From contig CH464491.1 in the NCBI GenBank assembly GCA_000002445.1, positions 928,001 to 992,000 of the forward strand: 64,000 bases of DNA, written 5' to 3'. A program made the position numbers and the translations under genes. The notes under the pieces are model-generated. The model made no database searches. It was given only the letters and a program-made list of their open reading frames with translations, and had not been told where the DNA came from. Shown piece by piece: positions 1 to 10,800 of the stretch (the first letter of the stretch is position 1; every line of letters begins with the position of its first letter). Source of the stretch: Trypanosoma brucei. Taxonomy: Eukaryota.

Positions 1-54
1 CTGGCAGACTTTTAAGCATATAACCACTGGTACGGGAGTGAAGGAAAAAATAGA

Positions 55-1794
55 ATGGAGGCGGCCATTATTGGATCAGTTGTTTTCCTAGCGGTAACGG
101 TAACATTCCTCTTTGTTCTGTTTGATCATGCTGTATCCGGTGTCCGGTTGAAGGAAGCGCGCCTAAACTATGACTATGATGTTATCATTGTTGGGGGAAG
201 TATCGCGGGACCAGTCATGGCTAAGGCTCTCGCAGACCAAAACCGCCGTGTGCTGCTACTCGAGAGGTCACTTTTCACTAAACCAAACCGTATTGTGGGG
301 GAACTCCTTCAACCTGGAGGTATGGATGTGTTGAGGAAATTAGGCATGGACGAATGCGCTAAATCCGTTGGAATGCCTTGCCATGGTTATGTTGTTCTGG
401 ATGAACGTGGCGATGAAATACGGCTACCGTATGCTGCTGGCCTTCAGGGGTTCTCTTTTCATTTTGGGGATTTGGTGAACAATTTACGAAAGTACGTGTG
501 GCAGAACTGTCAGCCAGCCGTCACGATGCTTGAAGCCACGGTAACAGAGGTCCTCGTGGAGCGAGTTGCTCCATGTGTGAACAGGGCCTACGGCGTTGTC
601 TACACCACGGCAGCCGAGTATAACGTTCCAGAGTCACCTTTTACGGGCGCGCCACCCTCGAGAACGGATTCTACAAGCATGTCGGAGGAGGTGCAAAAAA
701 CTGCAACAGCTCCTCTCATTATTATGTGTGACGGCGGTTCGTCAAAGTTCAAAGCTATGTATCAACACTACGACCCTGCAGCCAACTACCACTCGCACTT
801 CGTTGGTCTCATCATACGTAATGCTCGTCTTCCCCAAGAAGGATACGGAACCGTTTTCTTTGGGAAAAAAGGACCCATTCTTTCGTACCGCTTAGATCCT
901 AACGAGCTTCGTGTTCTCGTTGACTACAACAAACCAGCGTTACCATCGTTGGTGGAGCAAAGCCGCTGGCTATCCGAGGAAATCGCGCCATGCCTTCCTT
1001 CCAACATGCGAGAGGATTTTATTAAGGCAGCACAGAGTACCCAAAACATTCGATCCATGCCAATTGCCTTTTATCCCGCCACTTTTCCTTCTATCAGGGG
1101 TTACGTGGGGATCGGAGACCATGCCAATCAACGACACCCCCTTACGGGTGGGGGCATGACATGTGCATTCAGTGATGCATTTCTTTTAGCGGAGAAACTC
1201 CTCGAAATCAAGGAGATGCGCAGCTCCGACGTTGTGGAGATGGCCGATATTGAAGACAGTATCCAAAATGCTATCGTGAGCTATGCGCGTGGGCGCGTGG
1301 TGCACAGCTCCAGTATTAATATCTTATCGTGGGCACTGTATGCTGTTTTTGGCACCCGTTTGCTCCGCAATGCCTGCTTGGAATACTTCGCACGCGGTGG
1401 TGAGTGCGTTTCCGCTCCGATGGCATTGTTGGCTGGTGTGGATCACAGCCCACAGCGGCTACTGTGGCATTACACCAGAGTCATGTTTAATGGTGCACTG
1501 AACCTCGCCACGTTAAGTGGTCCCCGCAACTGTCGCGGTAAGGATACTCCCAGTTTCGGTAGAAGGTGCATTAATGCTGCTACATTCTTTGTATCTCCGT
1601 TTCGGGTCCTTGAGGCACTTTATCTTCTGATCGCGGCTGCATGTGTTGCAGTGCCGGTGGCGTACAGTGAATTCGTTTCCATCTGGCGGTTGATAAATCC
1701 AACGGGGTTTCTTTCGTCTATTTACAAGACCGTCCGAGTTGCTGTGTGTCGTTCGCTACTCAACGGGAGGAAAAGGAAGCCAATTGGTTTGTGA
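55..1794 (+). CDS. Squalene monooxygenase (squalene epoxidase), FAD-dependent
   Basis: The N-terminus has an FAD-binding Rossmann motif (VIIVGGSIAGPVMAKALADQNRRVLLLER). The segment GDHANQRHPLTGGGMTCAFSDAFLLAEKL matches the conserved squalene-epoxidase motif. A hydrophobic N-terminal helix and C-terminal hydrophobic segments are present. The ORF is complete at 579 aa. Confidence 0.88.
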   Translation: MEAAIIGSVVFLAVTVTFLFVLFDHAVSGVRLKEARLNYDYDVIIVGGSIAGPVMAKALADQNRRVLLLERSLFTKPNRIVGELLQPGGMDVLRKLGMDECAKSVGMPCHGYVVLDERGDEIRLPYAAGLQGFSFHFGDLVNNLRKYVWQNCQPAVTMLEATVTEVLVERVAPCVNRAYGVVYTTAAEYNVPESPFTGAPPSRTDSTSMSEEVQKTATAPLIIMCDGGSSKFKAMYQHYDPAANYHSHFVGLIIRNARLPQEGYGTVFFGKKGPILSYRLDPNELRVLVDYNKPALPSLVEQSRWLSEEIAPCLPSNMREDFIKAAQSTQNIRSMPIAFYPATFPSIRGYVGIGDHANQRHPLTGGGMTCAFSDAFLLAEKLLEIKEMRSSDVVEMADIEDSIQNAIVSYARGRVVHSSSINILSWALYAVFGTRLLRNACLEYFARGGECVSAPMALLAGVDHSPQRLLWHYTRVMFNGALNLATLSGPRNCRGKDTPSFGRRCINAATFFVSPFRVLEALYLLIAAACVAVPVAYSEFVSIWRLINPTGFLSSIYKTVRVAVCRSLLNGRKRKPIGL

Positions 1795-2172
1795 TGACAC
1801 ATGTGGTCAGTTATGTGAGGGCACATTGGTTGCGGGAAAAGAGTAGAAACGAAAGAAGCAGTTGTGTTGTTTAACCTTGCTTCTGGGGTTGGGCATCACT
1901 GTAAATTCGTTTACTTGTTATCACTATTTTTAGTTCAAACACATCTGTACGCATGTCTTTTAAACAATTCCCTTGTCGAGGAGGGGCTCGGCTCATTCAG
2001 CTGCGTGCCTGCACAGCACTGGTTGCTGATTGTGGATATGCTTCACGCCGCGCTATGGTGCAGTAGAGATGGAGGTCAAGGAACGAGTGGTACACATCAC
2101 TCTGTTATTGAATTGTATGCACTGTTACTCGCCTGGTGCGTCACCCTCTTTGAGGGGCGCGCGCTTCTGTTC

Positions 2173-2204
2173 GTGTGTGTGTGTGTGTGTTTGTGTTTGT
2201 GTTT
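2173..2204. repeat. (GT)n microsatellite, degenerating into (GTTT)
   Basis: Directly visible as gtgtgtgtgtgtgtgtgtgtttgtgtttgtgttt. Confidence 0.95.
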
Positions 2205-3240
2205 CATTATCGGCAGTTTGGATGACTGGGAGGGGGAGCGATCGCTATAGGTTTTTTTATAAAGTTTAAGCCGCAGCAGTAGCCCTCAGATCTCAGTATC
2301 TCGTGACGGGCATTAGTTCCCGATTGGCTGTGGCAAGGAGTTCCGCCTATGGTGCTAAGGGCGCGCCGCGAACACCCACCCGCCGTGGCGTGGTCTTCGA
2401 GTTTCGCGTGTTGTTTATACTTAATTCCTTCTCATTTTGTGTTTGAATTGGGCTGCAAATGTCAGGTAGGTGAAACTGGGTTGTTGCCGGTGCTTGTTTC
2501 CTTAAACTGAATATAACTGACAGTCGCATCGTATCTGGTTACCAACTGTTGAAACGAAATGCGGAGGCGCATGTTAACCCGGTTGCATGAATGGCCCGCG
2601 GCGTTTCTGGTGTAGTTTCCACGTTTTTCGATGTGTTGTTATTCTGAAGATGTGACGCGGTTGATGACGTGATAATGTTTTAAGATGATGTGCCGTATGT
2701 GACTCGGATTGGTGTGTCTCTTTGATGTAAAGGGGAACACACGCGTTCAGACTGCCAATAGGCCGCTGTGAGAGGGTGTGTGTTAAAGTTTTGGCGATCG
2801 AGCTTCATTCATTCCTTCCTTCTCTTTTTTTTTCGTGGGAACATATGGGGGCACATGGGTTTTTTGTGTAGAAATCCAAATTTATTACCGGAGTGAAGCG
2901 ATTCACCTCCTTGAACAACATTGAGGTCATTGTCATGAGACACACTACTCCGCTCGTTATCCTGCGCATTGGAAACCTCTTTGCGTTTGACCGGTTGGAA
3001 ACCTACCTTTACTGTTGCCTCTATCGTGGAGACTTCTGTGACTCTCCGACACGTTTTGTTTATCGTTGGGGCTCTTTCCTCCATTCTTTATTTTTTTATT
3101 TTTTTCGCTCTCCTCTTTACTGCCGCGTACCGAAACTATGTTGCGCGTCGGGGTTGGGGGTTTTGTGCGCGCGCAATTATGGAGAGCCAGTGACTCCTCG
3201 AGTGCATTGTTAAATGAAGGGAAAATTCGGGTACTTGTGC

Positions 3241-3310
3241 GTGCGTGACTTTCATATTCTTTTGGTTACCATTAAATTCTTTTTTCTCCTTGTGTGCTTT
3301 CGCCTGTTTT
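3241..3310 (+). promoter_or_regulatory. Polypyrimidine tract / candidate SL trans-splice acceptor region for the kinesin-13 gene
   Basis: The tract is ctttcatattcttttggttaccattaaattcttttttctccttgtgtgctttcgcctgttttgac. AG dinucleotides follow, and a purine-rich ~230-nt leader precedes ATG 3548. Confidence 0.6.
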
Positions 3311-3547
3311 GACTTTGTAGTAGAAGTGTGTGGGTTTCTCTAAGGTCTTCTTAGCGAAGGTCCTCAACACCGAGCAACCTCTAGAAACGAGTTTAACTGG
3401 GCGCAGACGAATATCTAAAATATTCGTTTGTATATAGATACACTGCCCTGATAGGGGAAGAAGAAAAAAGAACAGGGCCGAAGCTACAAGAGAGTGAAGT
3501 GAAAAGAGAGTTCAAAAGTAAAAGAAGCGAAAATCAAAAGGAAGGAA

Positions 3548-5707
3548 ATGGAGCGACAGCTTCGCGAACTCCTTGAGCAAGGAGGTTTGTCGCACACAAT
3601 TCAGGGGTTTGTCGATGGTGGTGTTCTTACCCTTCAGCAGCTTAAACAGCTCACCATGCAAGACTATCAATCTGTTGGTGTCATTGTCATGACTGACCGC
3701 CGAAAACTATTTGAGCTGATTCAATATATGAAGAGAGAGCAGGCGAACCCCCCCTCCGTATTGAACACCTCGGACGCGCCACGTGTACCCGAGCACACAC
3801 CTCAGGCCGTAACTGGTGCGCGAAACACAACGCCGAATTGCCGTAATGCGACACCCTCCAGCGCGCAACGCAAGGCGGAAAATGAGAACGCTCGCATGAA
3901 TGAAAGCAGGCAACTGTCAGGGGCGGGAGGGCGACGCGATCCACTTCATGTGATTGACGATATGGAACTCTCAGCCATGAAAATGACCCCAAACTCACGG
4001 CCACTCAGCCGTGTAGCACGCGCCTCCCCAACAGCCGCCACCCGTAAGCCTGGGGAGAGTGGAACTACTAAAAGAAAGGCAAGTCGCATCACAGTGGTGG
4101 TCCGCAAACGTCCGCTTAGCACGTCTGAGATCAATGATGGCTTATACGATATCCTTGCCACGGACCCTGACAACCTGCAGGCAATTGCCCTACTTGAGCC
4201 CAAACAGAAAGTTGACCTCACGAAATATATTGAAAAACATCGTTTCACCTATGATTTGGTTCTTGACGACAAGTACAGCAACCGCGATGTGTACGAGAAG
4301 GCATGCAAACCCCTTATTGAAACAGTGTTTGAGGGTGGGTGTGCCACTTGCTTTGCGTATGGACAAACGGGAAGTGGCAAGACATATACAATGCTCGGGA
4401 AGGGGGACCAGGAAGGTATATATCTGATGGCTGCACGTGATCTGTATGCTCGACTGGAAAGTGGGATGAGTATCATGGTTTCATTCTTCGAGATATATGG
4501 AGGAAAGTTGTTTGACCTGCTGAATGAGCGTGAGAAGCTTGCATGCCGTGAAGATAGTCGCGGTGTTATCAATGTTTGTGGCCTTACGGAACATCGTGTG
4601 GAGGATACGGGGCATCTCATGCGTGTAATCGACTACGGAAATTCCATTCGAGCGGCCGGCTCGACGGGCATGAATGCGGATTCCTCCAGGTCGCACGCTA
4701 TCCTTCACATAACGGTTTTGAATTCAAAGAACCGGTTCTTCGGTAGGTTCACCTTCATCGACCTCGCTGGAAGCGAGCGGGGTGCAGATACACTTGATAG
4801 CGACAGAACCACGCGCCTCGAAGGTGCAGAAATCAATAAGTCACTTTTGGCACTGAAGGAATGTATTCGTGCGCTGGACCAGAATCATCGGCACATTCCT
4901 TTCCGTGGTTCAAAGCTTACAGCCGTGCTGAGGGACTGCTTCACGGGGAACAGTCGCACTGTGATGATAGGCAATGTTAGTCCTGCAAGCGGAAGCTGTG
5001 AACACACCCTTAACACACTACGCTACGCTGATCGTGTGAAGGAACTAAAGAAAGACAAGTCGTCCCGCATCGCCGCCGAGGAAATCATGATTGGCCAGAT
5101 GCCAAGTGAAGAGATTGAAACACTTGGATTGAGCAGTAACTTTGCCCAAAGACGTGCCCGAGAAAAGAAGGCCGGCACCCGGTCCTCCAGTCATCTTTCA
5201 CAACGGGAACCAGGCACGCCTAACGCAAAGTCTCACAGCAGCTACGGCAGCGGCTATCGGCTCAAAGGGCAACATTCTCGCGTGTCAATGAGCTGCAAAG
5301 AGGAAGACTACCCGAACTTCTCCGACAGCATTCGCTCCGGGAAAGTTCCAAGTAGTGGAGGGACGAAGAGCTTCAACAGGGTGACACCAAAACACAGTCG
5401 TGTTGGCAGCGAAATATCGATCCGCGACGCTAGCCCGTATGAGATGACTTCTTTTGCGAGCGGTGATTCCTTAGACGAAGAAGAGGATAATACCATTCTG
5501 GGCCATCGCCGTCATATTGACGCAATGATGGAGTTATTGAAGCAAGAAATGACGGAATTGAATGGAGTAGAGATGCCTGGAGCCTCCATTGAGGTGTACT
5601 GCAAAAATGTTGAGAGCATTCTCAACCGTCAGGCGAAGAGTATTAGCAGTGTTAGAAATATGATAAGGCAGTTGCTAAACCGCCTGGAGTCTCGGCAACG
5701 CCGGTAA
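3548..5707 (+). CDS. Kinesin-13 family motor (MCAK-like microtubule depolymerase) with N-terminal SAM-like domain
   Basis: The motor domain is internal, at about nt 4085-5050. It has the P-loop [11 protein letters not shown], switch I SSRSH and switch II DLAGSE. Both kinesin-13-specific motifs are present: KVD ([12 protein letters not shown]) and KEC ([11 protein letters not shown]). The first ~65 aa look like a SAM-type helical bundle. Confidence 0.85.
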   Translation: MERQLRELLEQGGLSHTIQGFVDGGVLTLQQLKQLTMQDYQSVGVIVMTDRRKLFELIQYMKREQANPPSVLNTSDAPRVPEHTPQAVTGARNTTPNCRNATPSSAQRKAENENARMNESRQLSGAGGRRDPLHVIDDMELSAMKMTPNSRPLSRVARASPTAATRKPGESGTTKRKASRITVVVRKRPLSTSEINDGLYDILATDPDNLQAIALLEPKQKVDLTKYIEKHRFTYDLVLDDKYSNRDVYEKACKPLIETVFEGGCATCFAYGQTGSGKTYTMLGKGDQEGIYLMAARDLYARLESGMSIMVSFFEIYGGKLFDLLNEREKLACREDSRGVINVCGLTEHRVEDTGHLMRVIDYGNSIRAAGSTGMNADSSRSHAILHITVLNSKNRFFGRFTFIDLAGSERGADTLDSDRTTRLEGAEINKSLLALKECIRALDQNHRHIPFRGSKLTAVLRDCFTGNSRTVMIGNVSPASGSCEHTLNTLRYADRVKELKKDKSSRIAAEEIMIGQMPSEEIETLGLSSNFAQRRAREKKAGTRSSSHLSQREPGTPNAKSHSSYGSGYRLKGQHSRVSMSCKEEDYPNFSDSIRSGKVPSSGGTKSFNRVTPKHSRVGSEISIRDASPYEMTSFASGDSLDEEEDNTILGHRRHIDAMMELLKQEMTELNGVEMPGASIEVYCKNVESILNRQAKSISSVRNMIRQLLNRLESRQRR

Positions 5708-5831
5708 ATGAGCTTCCCTACCGGTGGTGTCGGGGGATCACCCGTTAGTTTATCTGTCTCCTCTTTCCTTTGCCTTGTACGAGTGGAGAAGGAGAGGGAG
5801 GGAGAATAGGACTTTTTTGTTTGTTTTGTTC

Positions 5832-5855
5832 GTGTGTGTGTGTGTGTGTGTGTGT
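5832..5855. repeat. (GT)12 microsatellite in the kinesin 3' flank
   Basis: Directly visible. Confidence 0.95.
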
Positions 5856-7292
5856 CCGAAGGGTTAGCGCGTTTTTTTTATTTGTGGGAAAGTCGGGTAA
5901 TGCACGGGGAAGTGTAAAGCAAAGGCTGTATAGAAGTTGAGAAGGAAATCGAGAAAAAAAGAAAGGGAAGGGGATCATGTAGGTGTGATGTTTAGCTCTT
6001 TGAGGCTAATTGCACCTGAGAGAAGAAGCGGCAAAACCGGATAAGGAATATTGAGTGCAAGGAAAAGTGTGTGTGTCTCCCACCTGACTCATGGAAAGAA
6101 ATGTGAATGACGCGAATGAATGGAATAGTAGCAGTACCACAAATATCACATATGTGCAGACATGTGAAGGAAAGGCGCAAGGCGGGAGGAGGAGGAGGAG
6201 GGGCGGGGAGGAAGTGTTCATACATAAGTGTGAATGTGGGAAGCTTACTTGGAACTTTACCGCCTCCCCCTCCCCAATCTCCCTCCTTTGCTGTTTCTAC
6301 GAGCCACCTCCTTCCTGACTACCGGTACAACAGCAGTGATTTCATCTTCCGAGTATTTGGCGTGTTCGCATGTGGGTGAGAGAAAGCGTTTCACTCTCCA
6401 CAGTTTCCCATTATGGGGCGGGGGAGAGAATGTTGAAGGGTGTAAACTGGGAAAACAAAAGTTAGGGTGCGAAAGAAAAAATATTAGAAGGAAAATTAGC
6501 ATGAATGAATAAACAGTGAGGGGTATTGGGTTGAGAGGGGGGAAGCGGCGTTGCAAGTCACAAAGGCTGTTGTTGTCTTTTTTTTTTTCCTATTATACCC
6601 TCTCCCATTTTCCTTACCTTGTTCTCCCACACTGTCCCCGTCCTTTTCCATTTGTCCTACCCGTCGCTGCTGCCTTATATATTTCAAAGCTGGCGGTATT
6701 ATTATGATTATTGTTGTCATTCGCACATAAACGTTATCCCTTATATTTACATATATTTAAATTTATGCTTTTCCCTTACCCATCTTCTTTGTACAGTGGC
6801 GGGTCGGATGTTGTGAGAACACCTTGAAATTTGTTGTCTTCTTCCCTCTGTGTCTCCCTTGTCCTCACCGGTGTTTACATATATATATATATATATGACT
6901 ATCACTATGAGCATCACTGTTTCCTTTGCTCAAAAGAAAAAACAAAACAAAAATTAAATGAAAACAATACCTTTATATTTATATATTACCTTGCTTTCCA
7001 TTGCTGGTGCTGCACCCTTTCCCCCTCCGCCCACTCTTCGGGGAAGGGAGTTCCCACTAAATCGGCCGTTGCCATTCCTGCTTGGGATATGGGCGCGTGC
7101 TCGTTGACTCAGTATCACAGAAATTACCGCAATGAACGAAATCAAAAAAATAAAAATAAAAAAATATATATATATATATAATAAAACAAGCAGCAGGTAA
7201 GGTGTTGACAGGAAAAGAGGAAAGGAAGCACGAAAGTAATAAAACCAACAACGTCAAAAAGAAGAACAAACTTATTTGCTCGTTTTTCCATG

Positions 7293-7315
7293 CACACACA
7301 CACACACACACACAC
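7293..7315. repeat. (CA)n microsatellite
   Basis: Directly visible. (TA)n runs flank it at 6879-6896 and 7164-7180. Confidence 0.95.
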
Positions 7316-7894
7316 CTCTGTGTATACGTTTGGCTGCATGAACGGCTACTCGTCTTTCTCCCTTCTTTGTTTTTGGTTTTCCGTGTGTGTCCATCCATAC
7401 TTATGTGTACCAAGGTGAGTGTTACGGTGGCTATTACTCACCATCGGGGTAATACTGGTTACTTTAATCACGATTGTTGTTGTTGTTGTTTGAGGTGCTT
7501 TTGTTCTCTTCTGGCATCTAGTCATTGGTGCTTCGTCCCTTCATCATCTTTTTTTGTTCGTTACCCTTCTTACATTCTCTGTTAACCCAGTCGTTTCCCT
7601 TCCCCCCTCCTCCTCCTCAAGACAGTAACAACAACAATTATTATTACACTCGCTACCTTCACTTCAACACGTGCGCAATTCTCTTGTCTTTTCGTCGGAT
7701 ACCTTCAAATGGTCTGTACGCGGATTGTGTTTATTTTCTTTTGTTTTTTTGTGCATGCGGTGGCACATAACCCTGTATGCTTACTCCCCTACATATTAGC
7801 TGATATCGGTTATAATGTTCTTGCCATCCTCACATTCCCCACTTGTCTACCCATATAACGTCCGAACATCGAAAACGAAACCTATAGTTAAGGA

Positions 7895-10800
7895 ATGAGG
7901 CGAGTACATCAGATTCCCTGTAAAAAACTGTTTAGGCAGTTGGGGCGTAGGGGAATATTATCCACACCGCCATCGCCAGTGGAGTCAGCAGAACCCACAA
8001 CCATCCGCTCAAGGGGCTACGGACCCAGTAAACATTTACTGCGCGGTGTTGACGCGACACGCGGCGTCGTTGTGGAAGCAGCCCTCAGCCCAGCGGATGT
8101 TGAGATGCAGCGCCGCGTTCTTTCGATGGCGAATCCAAATGTGGCGATCCACGCCAAACTTGAGGGTGAGCCTTCACCCGTTCATTCTGGCACCAACTCC
8201 CTTCATGGTGACGACCAGCGTCTGGCCGACCGTGCAGGTGTTGCTTCATCGGAGCAGTTAGCCTCTGTGGCAACTGTTATATTGGATGAGGTGAAGGAGC
8301 AATTGCAGCTCAACCTCAGCGCTGCGGATGCCTCACAAGATAGTCGAGCAGCCACTGTAGTGAATGCCGTCGCGGAGTGCCTGCGGAATGAGGTGGACCG
8401 CCTCATTCACGCGAACCACACGCAGGAGTCGTCCATTACCCGAGTGTTGAGGGAAAATACAGACCTGATTTGCAAGCGCGTCGCCGATGTCATATGCTCG
8501 GAGCAGCTGAAAACACTATCATTCAAGGACGTAGGTCAACTTCCGCAGGTCATCAAAGAGGTGGGAACGTCCCTTGTGAGGTTAGAGAGCGCCTTGAAGA
8601 GTGCACTGGATTCGAGCTTTGGAAAAGACAAAAATCTCGAAGAAGTATTGGGAGATTTGCGCGAACACATTGTCTCTGCCATCGAGCAAGCCTCGCATTT
8701 CCAACAGGAGCGACTTCTCGCTTCTGTGAGTGATTTACTGGCCGACTGCGCCGATGCGCAAGACAGCAAGTCACGTTTGGCTCAGGCTGCGAGTCTGAAG
8801 GTAATCGAAAAGAACGTGAGGGATGCCATGTCACAGATGGTGGAGGACACGCAACATAAGGTCCAGTCTGTATTGCGTGACCTCCGTGGGAGTGCTTCGA
8901 CCTCTGATGCCGCTGGAAGTACGACGAACGTAAGCAGCGGTAACGAGGTGGCGTTCGAGCGAATTTTAGCATCTTACGGCGAACGTCTTGAAGAACTGCG
9001 TGAGTCAACAGCTGCGGCCGTTGACCTTAAGGAGCTTATGATGGAAATTCATAGCATGCATCAGACAAGTGCAGGAGATGTGAGTGAAGTCAAAAACCTT
9101 GTGAAGAAACTAAAGAGAGAATTGATAAGCGCTCTCCAACCCTCCAACACTGAAAACACTGAAGGCAGCACTGTGGAACGTAAGTCCAGTGACACAATAG
9201 ATTACAATGGGATTTTTGCGGATAAATTGGACGCATTGGCAGACGATGTAATATCAAGGATAGATGGGCGACTGAAGGAGCAGCACGCTGATGTGAGGGA
9301 ACTGTCGGCGAGGCTTCTCCAGCTTGAAGATGTGATCAAGAAAACTCCCCGTGCTGCTCTCCAGGTGGGGTCAGTGCCTGAGCTGAACGACGACCGGCTG
9401 CTGGCGTTGGCACAAAGTATCAGTGAGAGTATTTTATCATCTCTTCCCCCGCATTCCGCCCCCGCTGTAGAGGAAAAAGAGCAACAGGAGCCACCGCGAC
9501 CGAGCGTCAGCACAGCGGTTGCCACTACTGCACACACCTTTACAGCAACAGAGCTCGCGGAGGCTGTGTCAGCTGCTCTCACCCCGAGACTGGATGAATT
9601 GGCGGCAGCCATCCAAAAGAAAGTGGCACCTACCTCCACTGCCTCGGGCAACGAATACGACAACAGACACATGGGTGAAACACAACTCGTAACCGTCGCA
9701 CAAACGATATGTGAAGGAGTGCGGGAAGCAGTTAGGGAAAGTATGGCCCTTTACAAACCACCCGTCGCCTCACCACCCACCCCGGCCCCGGGAGCAGTTG
9801 TTGCACCAGCTGTTGACACGTCTGCCTTAGAACAGGCAATGGTGACGAAAGTGGAAGATCTCAAAAGATGCGTTATGGACGCCGTGCAGGAAATGGACCG
9901 ACCACAGGAAATTGATCTCTCGCCGTTCCGTACGTACCTCGATGATGTGCTGCGCAGCATGCAGACAACTCTGAGCAAGCAGCAGCAAGCGACACAGGAC
10001 AAGGTTGATGGTGTGGTTGAAGCGCTGGCAAAGAAGCTTCAGGATTACCAACACCAATTAGAGTCGAAACTTCAAAGGCAGCACCGAGATCAAGTGGAGC
10101 AGATACAGGTTGTGCGAAGGGCACAAGAGCAAGATATGAAAGCTGATGAAGAGACGTGGAAACAACGGATGTCCCGGAACCAAGAAGACGCCGAGCAAAG
10201 GACAAACGAGCAAAAGTCTGCTGTCACGGGGGCCATGCAAGAGGTGTTTCTGCAAGTCAGGCAGCGGCTGACAGAAGATGTTCGCACACTTCTGAAAGGT
10301 GAAGTGGCCGCTGCCCTCATACCACTCGATGACCTTTACAAAGAGTTACGTGAAAGTGGGCAAAAGTCGCGTACCGCCTTGGAGGCGAAGTTGCGTTCTG
10401 TCGAGGACACACTGCAGTCCGTCCTTGACTCTGAACGACACCGCTCAGATCGTCTACAGGCAACACTTGACGACGTTATAGCATGTATTAAAAATAACTC
10501 GGGTGAAGTGAGCGGTTCGGAAACCGAAGCGTTGAAGTCCCTTAAAAGGCTATTGGAAGACCTCGCTGAGCGCAACACCGCTACCGGAATGGAAATATGT
10601 TCTGACGTGAAGGCTTCTTTAGAACGTACAGAAGAACTTCACGTTCAAACTGCAGAGAAGATGTTGAGGGGGTTTGATACGCTGAAGTATGAGATTCACG
10701 AAGGACGGCAACAACTTGACCAGCTCCTATCGTCCAACCAGCAGAATAAAGATGTTGCACTTGCTGTCGAGGCCATGCGCACGAAACTGGACGAAGTCCG

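Noticed and set aside
596-1501. Several 70-100-aa + ORFs overlapping the squalene monooxygenase gene in other frames
   Set aside because: These are alternative-frame artefacts within a well-supported CDS.
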